Source: Geosiphon pyriformis uo1 (Eukaryota; Fungi; Glomeromycota). Taken from it: a DNA stretch of 64,000 nucleotides. The notes below the pieces were generated by a model. It was given only the letters and a program-made list of their open reading frames with translations, had not been told where the DNA came from and did not search any database. The stretch is taken from the NCBI GenBank assembly GCA_016748015.1, contig JAAOMT010000009.1, positions 1,964,150 to 2,028,149 of the forward strand, read 5' to 3'. Numbering within the stretch: position 1 is the first letter of the stretch; each line of letters opens with the position of its first letter. The translations under genes and the position numbers were made by a program. Positions 52,684 to 64,000 of this stretch are shown here, one piece after another.

Positions 52684-55600
52684 GAGTCAAATTGTTTAAA
52701 GAAAGTTTTGTTTATATTGAGTTTAGACTCGGCTTTTCGAATTACATTCGGATAGCAACTTTTACGCTTTAAGCCAAGGAAGTTACGAATATTGCAAAAC
52801 TATTTTTGAAGTAGCTAAAGGTTTAACTGAAAATTTAAAAATTTTTAACAAATCTCTAACAATAACTAAGCTGATAAAACCTTAATATTGGAAATGAATT
52901 ATCAAAAAGTATCGAGTTTTCGAACCGAGTTTACGTTATTTAGAATTGGCTATAATATTTCTGGATGAATAAACGCTCACAAATCTTTGGCAATTGATGA
53001 TTGTTGAAATTTAAATTAATCAAGTCAAAAAAAATTTGTACACAAATTATACGAAAACCATAATTATTGAGAATAATATACTAGAATATAAAGTTTTATA
53101 TTTAATATATCAATACAATTTTTTCCTTTTTCTTATTCAAAACATAATTTCAAGAATAAAAATAGCTTTTCCAACAGAATTTTTATTTATCTAAATAAAA
53201 GTATTACCGATATTTTCAATTACTTTTGTTTTCTAAAATAAGAATTTTAATCTCCATTGCTACTATGTTTCACTCCGAAAAATAAATTATGATTTTGAAC
53301 GTTCCATATTCTGAACACCTATTTTCTAAAAAGGTATTTTCTTTGTGTACATGACCAGTTAAAATTAAGGCGATATAATAAGGATTTTCCTGTTTAGTAT
53401 GGAAAATTTTTTTTGTGCTTATACATACATATAAGATGGGCTAAAAACTGACAATAAACAATAATAATGTTCAAAATACCTGATTATTTCTAGATAAATA
53501 TAGTATGTAAAATAGTTTGAACTGAAAAAATTCTCATGCATTTTCTTTATCCTACCCCTTTTAATCAACTATATTCCCAGATCACAGTTAAAGGTTCCCC
53601 TAGTTTTTTAAAATCATGCAATTAAAAACGACAATTCCAAAATTATTGAACTTTCCCAAATATCAGAACGTTTAATTGAATTTCAATACCTGAATTATGC
53701 ATTTACAAAAATAAAGTAAAATATTTATACAAAGTCATTATTTATGCATGTTTAGACAATAAAACAATACTTGTTATCAAAGAAGAATTTTTCAACAGGA
53801 TTTTTAGAATATTTCTAAAAAGACCTTTTTAATAAGATTATCTTTTCTATCTCTATTAAAAAAAGTCTCCTTATAAGGTTCTTTTGTATTGGACAAAAAA
53901 ATCATTAAATCAATTATATCTACCTATGGTTTCAAACTTGATTTTCATTGCCATTTTACATAATTTTTATTAATAAAATAATATTTTATCTTTTCAATTA
54001 CATTTTAAACTTTATTTTTGCTGAACATGGAATTTGTGATTTGGATTTATTTCAAAATGAAAATAGAATGTTTAATATTTTTTTGAAATGAATTAATATA
54101 CAAATTTCTTAATTTAGAACATATCTCCCCCCCCCTTAAAATACAATTGTTTATAACAGCTAAATCCCAAGGAACAGAAACCCCGTTAACCATATCTAAC
54201 CATTTTTAAATAAATAATAATAATAATAATAAGTTTTGAGGTTGGTTGTTTGGTTGGTTGTATTAAGCAAGCTCCATATTGAATTCAAATTCTACCAGGC
54301 ATCTGCACCAATCTGTTTCAAAAATCAGGTTTGAGATCTTGGCCGACAAATAAATCATCTATGCGCGGATTTATTTTTACAAATAACAATTGAGAAGTGA
54401 TATTAATTCAAGATAGAAATCGGGGCGTGTCAAGATCGACTGTTTCAGGATTGATTTTGCATATAAAAAATCCTCTAGCATATCTTTAACTGTGCATAAC
54501 TTGTTTATTTAATCTTTATATATAACAAACTGAGACGTTTGCCTTGAGTTCAATATATTTTAATTTAAAACTTTTGCTCAAGTTATAATTATTGTATTGT
54601 TATCAAATAATAATTTAACAAGCATGTTTCTTTTACAAATATTGTTGAATAGCAGAAACTAAATCTTGTAAAGCATTTCTTTTTTGCCAAGTAATTTGTT
54701 CGATTAGACGGTAAAAGATTTTTATTTTTATGTTTAATAATTTATTATTTATTAACAGTGTAAATTGGTTTTGGATAAATTAATCTTTTTAAATTCATTT
54801 TTTACAAATAGATAAATATTTTTGCAGAAATACTCTTGATGTTTATGATCTAGAAAAGAAATTACTCCTAATTTCCTGTGTCAATATTTTTTATTTTTCT
54901 TAATTTTTAACAATTTGAATTCATAAAAAAGACTTTTTACCAATTTCTTAAACTTTTACCACATCTGGTTTAGATATTTAAAAAAAATATATTCAAAATT
55001 TCGAATATGATTCAAATTCTTAAAAAAAAAATATTTTTTCAAATTAAATGTTTTCATAATAATAATAATAATATTATTATTATTTTTATTATTTTTTGAT
55101 TTTTAACTTAAAAATTGTGAAATTATTTTTTTATATGTATTTAATAAAAAATTGAAATTATTGAAAATTTAAAATTATCATTTAAAAGCTTTAATTAACT
55201 TTAGTCAAGTTACAATAGAAATGGCTTATGCATTTCTTAAATTATATTACATTAATATTTTAAAACTATATACATATAAGTTTAAACATATTAATTAAAT
55301 TATATTTATTATATTTATATTTGTGAATTGATTCAATTTAAATTAAACATTTATATTATTCAAAATTTTGAACTTGAATAAAATACATAAGAATAAAACC
55401 CATAAATAATTTTCTAAATAAATTTTTAATTATATTTTTGCTTAAAAAAAAAATGTTAATTTTTATTAATTCTGAATCTTCATTTTCCCAAGTAAATGAT
55501 TCATGTTAAAAAACTTAAATTTTTTAACATCATCAGTATCAAAATTTTTTTAGAAAATAAGTGCTTTAGATCAATAACTGAATGATACATGCTGCGGAAC

Positions 55601-56007
55601 TCTTGATATTTTCAAGTTTTAAAAATAAATATTCAATCAATGATATTTACTAACTTATTTCTAATAAATTGATATAAAAATACTTTTTCCACGTTGTATT
55701 TTCTATTATTCTTTTATTATATTGGAAAACTACTTTAATTATTAAAAATCGAAATATAAAGGCTGTAAAAAGCGATTAAACCCTTCTAACGCCTATCTTT
55801 TATTTATATATCGTTATCATAATCACTCATCAGTGATATGATAATGCTAACATTTAAACTATATTGGTCACTAAATAAACACAATCTTTTCAATTTTATT
55901 AATATTCTGTTTATTCAAACTTCTCATAAGTCAAAAAAAATACTACCGCGTTTACACGAAACCTTGCCTCAAACCACGTAAGGGATCAAAATATTAACAG
56001 AGAAAAT

Positions 56008-57363
56008 ATGTACAATACAAAGGACATTACCAGGTTTAGTATTAGTGCAAAGAAGAACATTGAGAAAAGCTTTGCTTCTGCAGGTTTGTGCCTCTTTGAG
56101 ATCTTGCGCTTTAAAAGCATGGTTCCTTCAAAAGTTATCAAGAATTCTGACCATACTATCTTCATTGATAAAATTGTCCCGCTATAGCAAAATCTGGCAG
56201 TTCATCACAATCATCATCTAAATCAACCACTTGGATCTATCATCAAACCCAAAGTCATCGTCTATTACCATCACAATCCAAAGCTCCATTAACTATTACT
56301 TCAACCACAGAGTTTGCGAATTTTATAGAAAACTCAGGAGCAGAGACAATTATTCCTCCGCCAGGGCCCAATGAAGTTTATAAACCCCAAGGCGAGACTA
56401 TTCGAATTAACATGAAAAAAATCATGACCAAACCTTCCGGCTATGAAATCGATACTTATTATGATGTTTGCTTGTCAGTCACATTGTTAATCCCGGAACA
56501 CCTTATTTGCCTGGCGTTCAATGCGCAAAAGGATAAATTGTGTATTCACATGAATGAAATCTATGCCATGAAATATGCTCAGTATAAGGAGCTTGAAATC
56601 TTTGTGAAGCCATCGTATAAACGTATTGTAGGTTATATTTATTAACATATTTTGTATATATACTTTGGAAAGGTTAATTTCTACTTTCAACCTTTCTATT
56701 GTATAGTACTATGATGAAAATCATAGAACTAATCTAGATCCGACCAATGGTTTATTTGAGGAGATTGAGTCGATTGTTGTGATCCCAACTCCTTATGTCA
56801 ACTTGTATTCAATACGTCGAATCAGTACGGAATTCAAAATATACAAAAGTACTTTTGCATTGGAGCAAGCAAAGGCACGTATTTTAAACCATGTTTTCGA
56901 AATTTATATTTCATCCTATATTCAATGTTCTTTTGAATCTACCCAATTCCTTGATTTTTTTTACAGAGCAAACAAAAAGGTGCTAATAATAGCACAAGTA
57001 ATTGGGACGATGGGGAGGTACTTGGAAAAGCAATTTTTATTCGAGCATTCACCGATTATACATGTTTCTACTATTGAATCTTCCAAATATCTATAGCTTT
57101 GCGTTTCTTTAAGCATTGGTGGTGTGGAAAAGTATGAGTTAATGATGCCTCTTAGGCTTTCACTCATGGAAGCCATTGAACAAATCGAGAAAGTAACTGC
57201 CCTTTCAGGAATCAAAGAGAGTAATATGTTCTTTCGGGATGTAAAAGGAAAGGATCAAGCCTTGAACTTGGATGAAAGTTGGAATTTGGCAAAACAAGAA
57301 TTAGTGAGACATAATAGAAGGAGAATTTATGTTGGTTTTGGTTTTGGGAAATTTGTTGGATAG
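56008..57363 (+). CDS. Hypothetical protein, ~333 aa; exons ~56008-56083, 56188-56627, 56707-56874, 56967-57017, 57097-57363; possible PB1-like C-terminus
   Basis: Phase-consistent splicing joins the ORF-track pieces without stops; needs one GC donor at 56875. Confidence 0.62.
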
Positions 57364-57529
57364 CTAAACTAGACTTTTCGCGGAAATAGAGAATTGCTTT
57401 GATTCACTAAGCTTACATCTTTGAAGAGTAAGTCTTTATTGTAAAGTTAATCACAGCTAATCAATTCATAAATTCAATTATCGTGAATGGTTAATTAGCC
57501 AATCCACGTTAAATATGGATTGTCCAATT

Positions 57530-58260
57530 CTGAAGGTCTAAGGCTTGGTGTGACATTTTCGTTTAATAATATCATTCAAGTGTTCCGGATGGGTCATAAC
57601 ACATTAATAATAAGCAATACTAAGCATGGTCACTGTACGACCAAGCAATGCCTGGAGGGAGACCCCCTGAGCGCCATTTTCATCTCTATCCATAACAAGC
57701 TTACAACACCGCCAGCTGTACACCTCAGATGCTCCAATTCTTTGGATATTTCCACAACAGCCACAAGTTTTAGAGGTGTAGACCTCGTTTTGGATGATAA
57801 CTCGGACTTCCAATTCTTCTGCCTTGACGATTGGACGTTGAAGAAATCGATAGTGCGCCCAGCATAGCATCTTTCTATATGTTTTTCGTGTGATCGTTCT
57901 CACAATGTCCGATAACTCAAAGGGAGGAATGACATTATGTGAGCGAAAAATGCGACAGCCTTTCTGTGTACTTCTGTCTGCAAGTGTAAGATCTTTTGAT
58001 GCATGCGCCCAATCGCCTTTTCTAATCTTCTGGTTTATTGAATCCATGCCCAATAGAATAGTAGATGTTATAAAACCTAGAGGTGGGTACGCGTAATAGA
58101 ACCATAACACAATCTTTTATAGTGAATAAGGAGAATAAATGCCGTATTCGTTACTATGTAACTTATTTAACGGTTTTAACGGTTTTAACGGTTACAAACC
58201 TGATGTACAAAAATAGATCTTGACGAAGATCTTGAAATAAATTTTCCCGGGTATGACGAC
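57530..58260 (-). mobile_element. Putative internally deleted IS607-like/Fanzor element; ends tentative
   Basis: TnpB fragment; (TTTAACGGT)3 at 58166-58192 and two AGATCTTGA copies at 58215-58235 on the 5' side; GC/CpG content higher than the flanks. Confidence 0.5.
57604..58031 (-). pseudogene. C-terminal fragment of a TnpB/Fanzor2-like RuvC nuclease
   Basis: RRLEKAIGRMHQKILHLQTEVHRKAVAFF (shifted frame), then IPPFE (RuvC-II), RKMLCWAHYRF, EVYTSKTCGCCG and C..VMDRDENGA (RuvC-III). RuvC-I is absent. Confidence 0.85.
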
Positions 58261-59296
58261 CTTTAACTCATTATGAAATGTTCTAGAACTATAAAATAGT
58301 TTGTATACAAAAAGTGACAAATATAATTTTTTTATAAATTTTAGAAAATTAAAATTATTTCTGACTTACTTTTAAAATAAATAAAAAACCTACAACAGGG
58401 AAAAAATATATGCATAATCATAGATATATTATGAAAAGTAATAATTATAATGGCTGAATGAAAATAAGCTGTAATTGTGATTGTTCAACCAAAGTCATCC
58501 AAAAAAAGTTTGCAGAATTATAAAATTTTTTCTAAAGCTCTTATAAAGTCTGAACAAGTTGTATTTTTGATGATAAGGATTAAGAGATTCCCAAGCATCT
58601 TAAAAAAATTATATCTAATAAAAAAATTCTTTTATCATTAAAGTTACAATATATCCCTTTGCTAAGAAACTTATTTTAATAATTAGAACTTTAAATAATA
58701 TAGATATAATTAATCGCAAATTAATTATAATCATGTTTTTACAACAATTATTCAAAAAGTAATACACAATATTGTAATATTAATATTATAATTATTTAAT
58801 ATTTATTTTATTATATAAGTTAGCTTTTTACAATATTAAGAAACAGAAAAAAGTTTATATCAAATTTAATTTAAAAATATATTTTAAATTTTTTTGGATG
58901 ATATTCAAAGATATTTTTTTTTGAAGTATAAAGAAATTTTTGTAAAAAGTCTTTTTAGTAATTCAAATTTTTGAAAACTAAAAAAAATAAAAATTTTTAA
59001 CATTTTAAAAGAAATTAGGAGTAATTTTTTTCTGGATTATAATCATCAAGAGTATTTCTACTAGAAATATTTTATCTATTTATAAAAAATTAATTAAAAA
59101 ACATTACTTATCCAAAACCAATTTATACTACTAACAATATATTGAACATAACATGTCGTTAGAACAATAGGGAAAACTGACAAATGAATTGTTATTTGAT
59201 CTGAGGATGATCCCATGATCGTCTTTATAAAAACCGAAGCGTTTGTTCATTCAAAAAAAATCTTAATCCTTAAATTTAATTTTTCTTTCACACAAC

Positions 59297-61822
59297 ATGT
59301 CTAATAAAGCTCGTGTAGACAGTATCTTGAATAATTATAGAAGGCCACCACGAATTATTGAGTTCCCAAAAAGAGATGGAAAACCAATACACACATCGGA
59401 AATTTTCGGCCAAAATGTCTTTTCTCTTAAAACCCTCTCTGAAACTCTGCCGAAGCCAATTTATCAACAATTTAGAAAACTCATGGATAAGAATACTGCA
59501 GATTCAGTAGCCCATGCCGTCAGAGTATGGGCGATGGATCGGGGTGCTACACATTTTACTCATTGGTTTCAACCCCAAACCGAGAGTACTGCCGAGAAAC
59601 ATGATTCATTTTTGACTATAAAATCTTCTTTCAGCACGGATGGTGAAGAGGTCAATAAAAATTCATCAAGAAATTTTTATTCTAGTAAATTCATGAATAC
59701 TATAACTTATTTTGGCCTTATAGATGGTAGCTTTGGATGCCCTTTCAGGGTCTCAATTGATTCAAGCAGAACCTGATGCTTCATCCTTCCCATCGGGTGG
59801 TATGCGAACAACTTTCGAGGCTCGTGGTTATACTGTTTGGGACACTACCAGTCCCATGTTTATTCAGTCTGGGCCTCATGGAACCGCGATTCTCTATATT
59901 CCGTCTATTTTTATCTCTTATAATGGCGATGCTCTGGATGAGAAGACGGTTCTATTAAGATCTTCTGAAGCTATTGCAAGAGCTGCCCTAGAACTTCTGT
60001 CTTTAATTGATAATCGCAATGACGATGGTAAGTATTCGTTACCTTTTCAATATGTTGATTTATTACTAGAACCACTAATGCTAATTTTAAAAAGTTATTA
60101 TATATATAACACGAAAGATGGAGAAAAAGTCTCACACGTTTATACAACTTTGGGCACGGAACAAGAATACTTTCTAGTGGATCGTGAGCTATACGCTTTA
60201 CGACCAGATTTAAAGATTACGGGGCGTACACTTGTAGGTGCTTTGCCTCCCAAACATCAGCAAATGGAGGACCATTACTTTGGCAAGATCCCATCCCGGG
60301 TATTGGCTACGATGAGTGAAGTTGAATTAGAACTAATGAAATTGGGTGTTCCTGTAAAAACCAGACATAATGAAGTTGCGCCCGCTCAATTCGAATTGGC
60401 ACCAATTTTTGAAGAGGTTCGTGATATATATTTATTTTAAAGAAGAAAATGAATAAAATATTTTAACATTGTTGAATAGATATGAACTAAAGAAATACTT
60501 CATAATAGGTGATGATCGCGGTGGATCACAATTTATTAACAATGGATGTATTAAAAAAAGTGGCACATCGACACCGGCTCACGGTTTTATTTCATGAAAA
60601 GCCTTTTAAAGGAGTAAATGGTTCTGGGAAGCATTGCAATTGGTCTTTATCCACTAATCAAGGGGAAAACCTATTGGAGCCCACTTCCACTCCCGAAACC
60701 AATTATCGTTTCCTTCTATTCTTGGTAGCGGTTCTCAACGCGGTTCACACACATGGGGGTCTTTTGAGAGCTGGTATTGCATCAGCATCGAATGATCATC
60801 GATTAGGTGCAAATGAAGCACCCCCAGGGATAATTTCAGTGTTTTTGGGGGCGCATCTTACCGAGGTATTGAACGCAATTGAAACAGATTCCCCTGTAAA
60901 GAGGTTTGTGACCCCACATGTCGAAACGATCAAAGTGGGTGGCACGATATTGGACGTCAAGGTATCTACATTGCCAGAGATATCGCGCGATTTAACCGAT
61001 AGAAATCGGACTTCACCGTTTGCTTTTACTGGAAACAAGTTCGAATTTCGTGCTGTTGGCTCGAAACAATCACCATCTTTTCCGGTGACACTCTTAAATT
61101 CAGCTGTCGCTTCTTCTCTCGAAGAGATTTCTCAGGAGTTAAGGAAAAAAAAAGGCGACAAGTCATCAATTACAAAGGATGATCAATTGGCTGTCATCAA
61201 ATATTTCATCAAGAAGACCAAAAATATTCGATTTGAAGGTGATAATTATTCAGATGAATGGGCAAAAGAAGCTAAAGCTCGAGGTCTACCTAAAATTCAA
61301 AAATCTCCTGAAGCATTTTCAAAATTACTTGACCCTATACATTCTGATATGCTCACAAATAGTGGAATTTTTACCAAAACTGAACTCTATTCTCGTTATC
61401 ACATTCTTATGGAAAAATACTCGAAGGATTTATTGATTGAAGCTAATGCTCTTAAGTCCATAATTAATACTCAAATCTTGCCCGCTGCTTACCAATTCCG
61501 TAAAACAATCGCTGAAGGTATTCACTCAATAGATATGGCCATAGGAAACGACGGTTCAATCGCAAGTTCAACTCCAGAACGTCGAGTCTTTGAACAGACG
61601 ACTTCACCAGTGTTTGAATTGCAAAATTTTCTCGCCACTTTAAATTCCAATATTGAAAAAGTTGAAGGCATTGAAAAGTCTCGTGAGCGAGCGGCCGCCG
61701 CACAGTCTGAACTTTTACCAATAATGGAATATGCCCGGAAAGAAGTTGATAAATTAGAGGATTTGATATCTGATGAAATGTGGCCGCTGCCAAAATATTC
61801 CGAACTTTTATTCACAATATGA
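59297..61822 (+). CDS. Glutamine synthetase type III, ~756 aa; exons 59297-59650, 59724-60027, 60118-60416, 60509-61822
   Basis: [93 protein letters not shown]. Confidence 0.95.
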
Positions 61823-62740
61823 CCTATTAGGTGAGATAAATGGATTGGGCTTTAAGTTCTAGCCTAATTTTTTTTTCATGTAATTTTATATTTATCCTTT
61901 ACTATTTAAGGCTTCCCAATATCATTTATATGAATTTCTTTTGGTATTGATGAAAACTTGTGATTTTCTTGCTTGGTCAAAATACCACAATATATAAATA
62001 AACAGGAGTTCTTCCCAAAAAATTGATACAGGGTGAGATAAATAACTCTTGTCCCCTCATCATTCGGATCGCAAAATACCATTGCGGGTAAACTTGCAAA
62101 TTTATGGCATTCACTGGTATTTTTCCAACGTCGAGAAGAGTTGAGCTTTTAATCTATTCAAACTTCAGAGGAAAATGATCAGATTAATAACACATATATC
62201 AAAGCTATTGGCAAATCTTTGTATACTAGAGATTGAATTATTATTCGAAGTTTTCAAATGGCAAAATCGGTTACATCATCTGAGAAAATCATTGAATTTT
62301 CGAATTTAAAAATCTCGGAATTCGATCATATTAGAATCAAAAAAAAATTAATGAGAATGCGGTTTGACGATATAGTTTCCAGCTTGAAGTGTCATACCTC
62401 GGTGAGTAAGATTATGGCAAAATTGGTTAGTTTGCAAGTCCCCGACCAGTTGAATATCTCGGAAAAACCCTTTTCCACAATATTTTCTCAGTAGTAGCGA
62501 GAATTTAAACATATGTTTCTATGGTGAAAGGTCAAACTTAATTTTACTCAAAAGAGAAAGACAGAAGAATTAGGTTCTAAAAAATGGCTGTCTTATAAAC
62601 GGAAACTAAGAAAAATTTGAAAAAAAAATTGGCAACGGTGTACTCCCATTTGAATCAGGGACACAAATGTTTGGATCTCGCGCAGGTAGGGAATCAGTAA
62701 CTTGTTTCATCAATTTTTGAGGAGCCAATAATTCAAGCTT

Positions 62741-63439
62741 TCATCTGACAGATCTCGTGAAGACGCCACAAATAGCATAAATTGGCCAAGGACCGTAATT
62801 ATGAAGCCCATTTTTCTTGCACTTCACCGCCAACCTAATCGCTGAATGAAAATCTCTCTCAACACCAATCCCTCCCAAATAATAATCGATCTTTTTCATA
62901 GTTGATGGTAAAAACCCTTTATCAGCGGAAATTTCGTAGTAAATAAAACTTTTCACCCTATTCTCCTGGTCTCGCAAGTACCAAGCGTACTTGTATAAGC
63001 CCTGTGGATGCCCCTTTTCGGCAGCCATTCGGTAACACTCTATACACTTCGCCTGATCATGTTTGGTACCCAATTCATTCTCGTAACATTCCCCCAATTG
63101 TAACAAAGCAAAAACGTCACCACATTCTGCGGCATATTTGTACCATTTGAATGCCTTTTCTTGGTCCAATGGAGTACCGATTCCGAAATTGGAAAAAAAG
63201 GCGAGTAAGCTAGCGTGTGCAGGTGAATTTTGATTTTGTAAAAGAATAGAGAAAATGTTTTCGGTGGTTTCACCGTGTAAACAGATGTATTGGTTGATAC
63301 GATCCACAACGATTTCATCGAAATTGATTTTAGTTAATTCGTTGTAAAGCGCTAGAAGATTCAATATTAATGGGATATCTGTTGGGTTTGTTGGATAAGA
63401 CCCATTTTGATAGGTGACCAATGGCTTGTCTGTCTCCAT
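62741..63439 (-). CDS. Sel1-like repeat protein, intronless
   Basis: GIGTPLDQEKAFKWYKYAAECG, LGECYENELGT..D..K...YRMAAEKG, GIGVERD. Confidence 0.9.
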   Translation of the reverse strand: METDKPLVTYQNGSYPTNPTDIPLILNLLALYNELTKINFDEIVVDRINQYICLHGETTENIFSILLQNQNSPAHASLLAFFSNFGIGTPLDQEKAFKWYKYAAECGDVFALLQLGECYENELGTKHDQAKCIECYRMAAEKGHPQGLYKYAWYLRDQENRVKSFIYYEISADKGFLPSTMKKIDYYLGGIGVERDFHSAIRLAVKCKKNGLHNYGPWPIYAICGVFTRSVR

Positions 63440-64000
63440 TCCAGGGCTTATTTCTTAGATTTTAACTGGAACAGCGTTGTTTAATTAAGTTATTTCAGAA
63501 TAGATTTGTTTTTAGCAGTCATCCAAAAATCTGTTGTGATCTACGATTGATAAGGTAACAGGAACAACAGGAAGTTTGTGAAAATCCCTCTCGCTGTTTT
63601 ATATTCATATGCAGCCTTTTGCACCTTATTATTTGCGAAAATTAAGTGTGGCTGATCATATCATTTATCTTGTGTATCGCTCAATGAAGTAATGATTAGA
63701 AATTTTAATTTGATCTTTTTGTGACCGCTCGCTGGGGTTTTGTGCCATACATATTAAAGGCAGAAATACGCCATTCGCTTAAACTATTTTATAATTCCTG
63801 ATTCTAGATAATATTAATTACATTTCTCTTAAGAATATAAATCCTTATAATTATTTGGATTTTTTAAAGACTACTCTCAAATAGACATAACCATTAACTA
63901 AAAAGGTTTGATATAGAACCATAATTTTAGATTCTGTTATCACAAGTTTCTTAACTTGAAAGATAAACTAAATTATTTATGAGGGTAAAAGCTATAAGAG

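Noticed and set aside
60796-61815. Antisense and alternate-frame ORFs within the GSIII gene
   Set aside because: Shadows of a real coding sequence.

Overview
AT-rich eukaryotic DNA with short GT-AG introns. The gene families present (tyrosine-kinase-like kinase, Sel1-repeat proteins, MATA-type HMG box, RBR ligases) point to an early-diverging fungus, probably Glomeromycotina; this is inference. Thirteen protein-coding genes could be modelled by hand: TKL kinase, M13 peptidase, FLVCR-like MFS transporter, SAM methyltransferase, NADAR-domain protein, PARP-like ADP-ribosyltransferase (ART), two paralogous RBR E3 ligases, a serine-less class-3 lipase, an HMG-box factor, a hypothetical 5-exon gene, a type III glutamine synthetase and a Sel1 protein. 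Also present are a full-length but inactivated Tc1 transposon, a truncated TnpB/Fanzor2-like element, a Sel1 pseudogene, a nested tandem repeat, decayed AT-rich repeat blocks and a duplication flanking an assembly gap. The best candidate for an undescribed system is the head-to-head NADAR + H-Y-E ART pair (373 bp between start codons), followed by an RBR ligase: a possible fungal ADP-ribosylation writer/eraser locus. The second is the IS607-like Fanzor remnant. All exon models are manual and untested.
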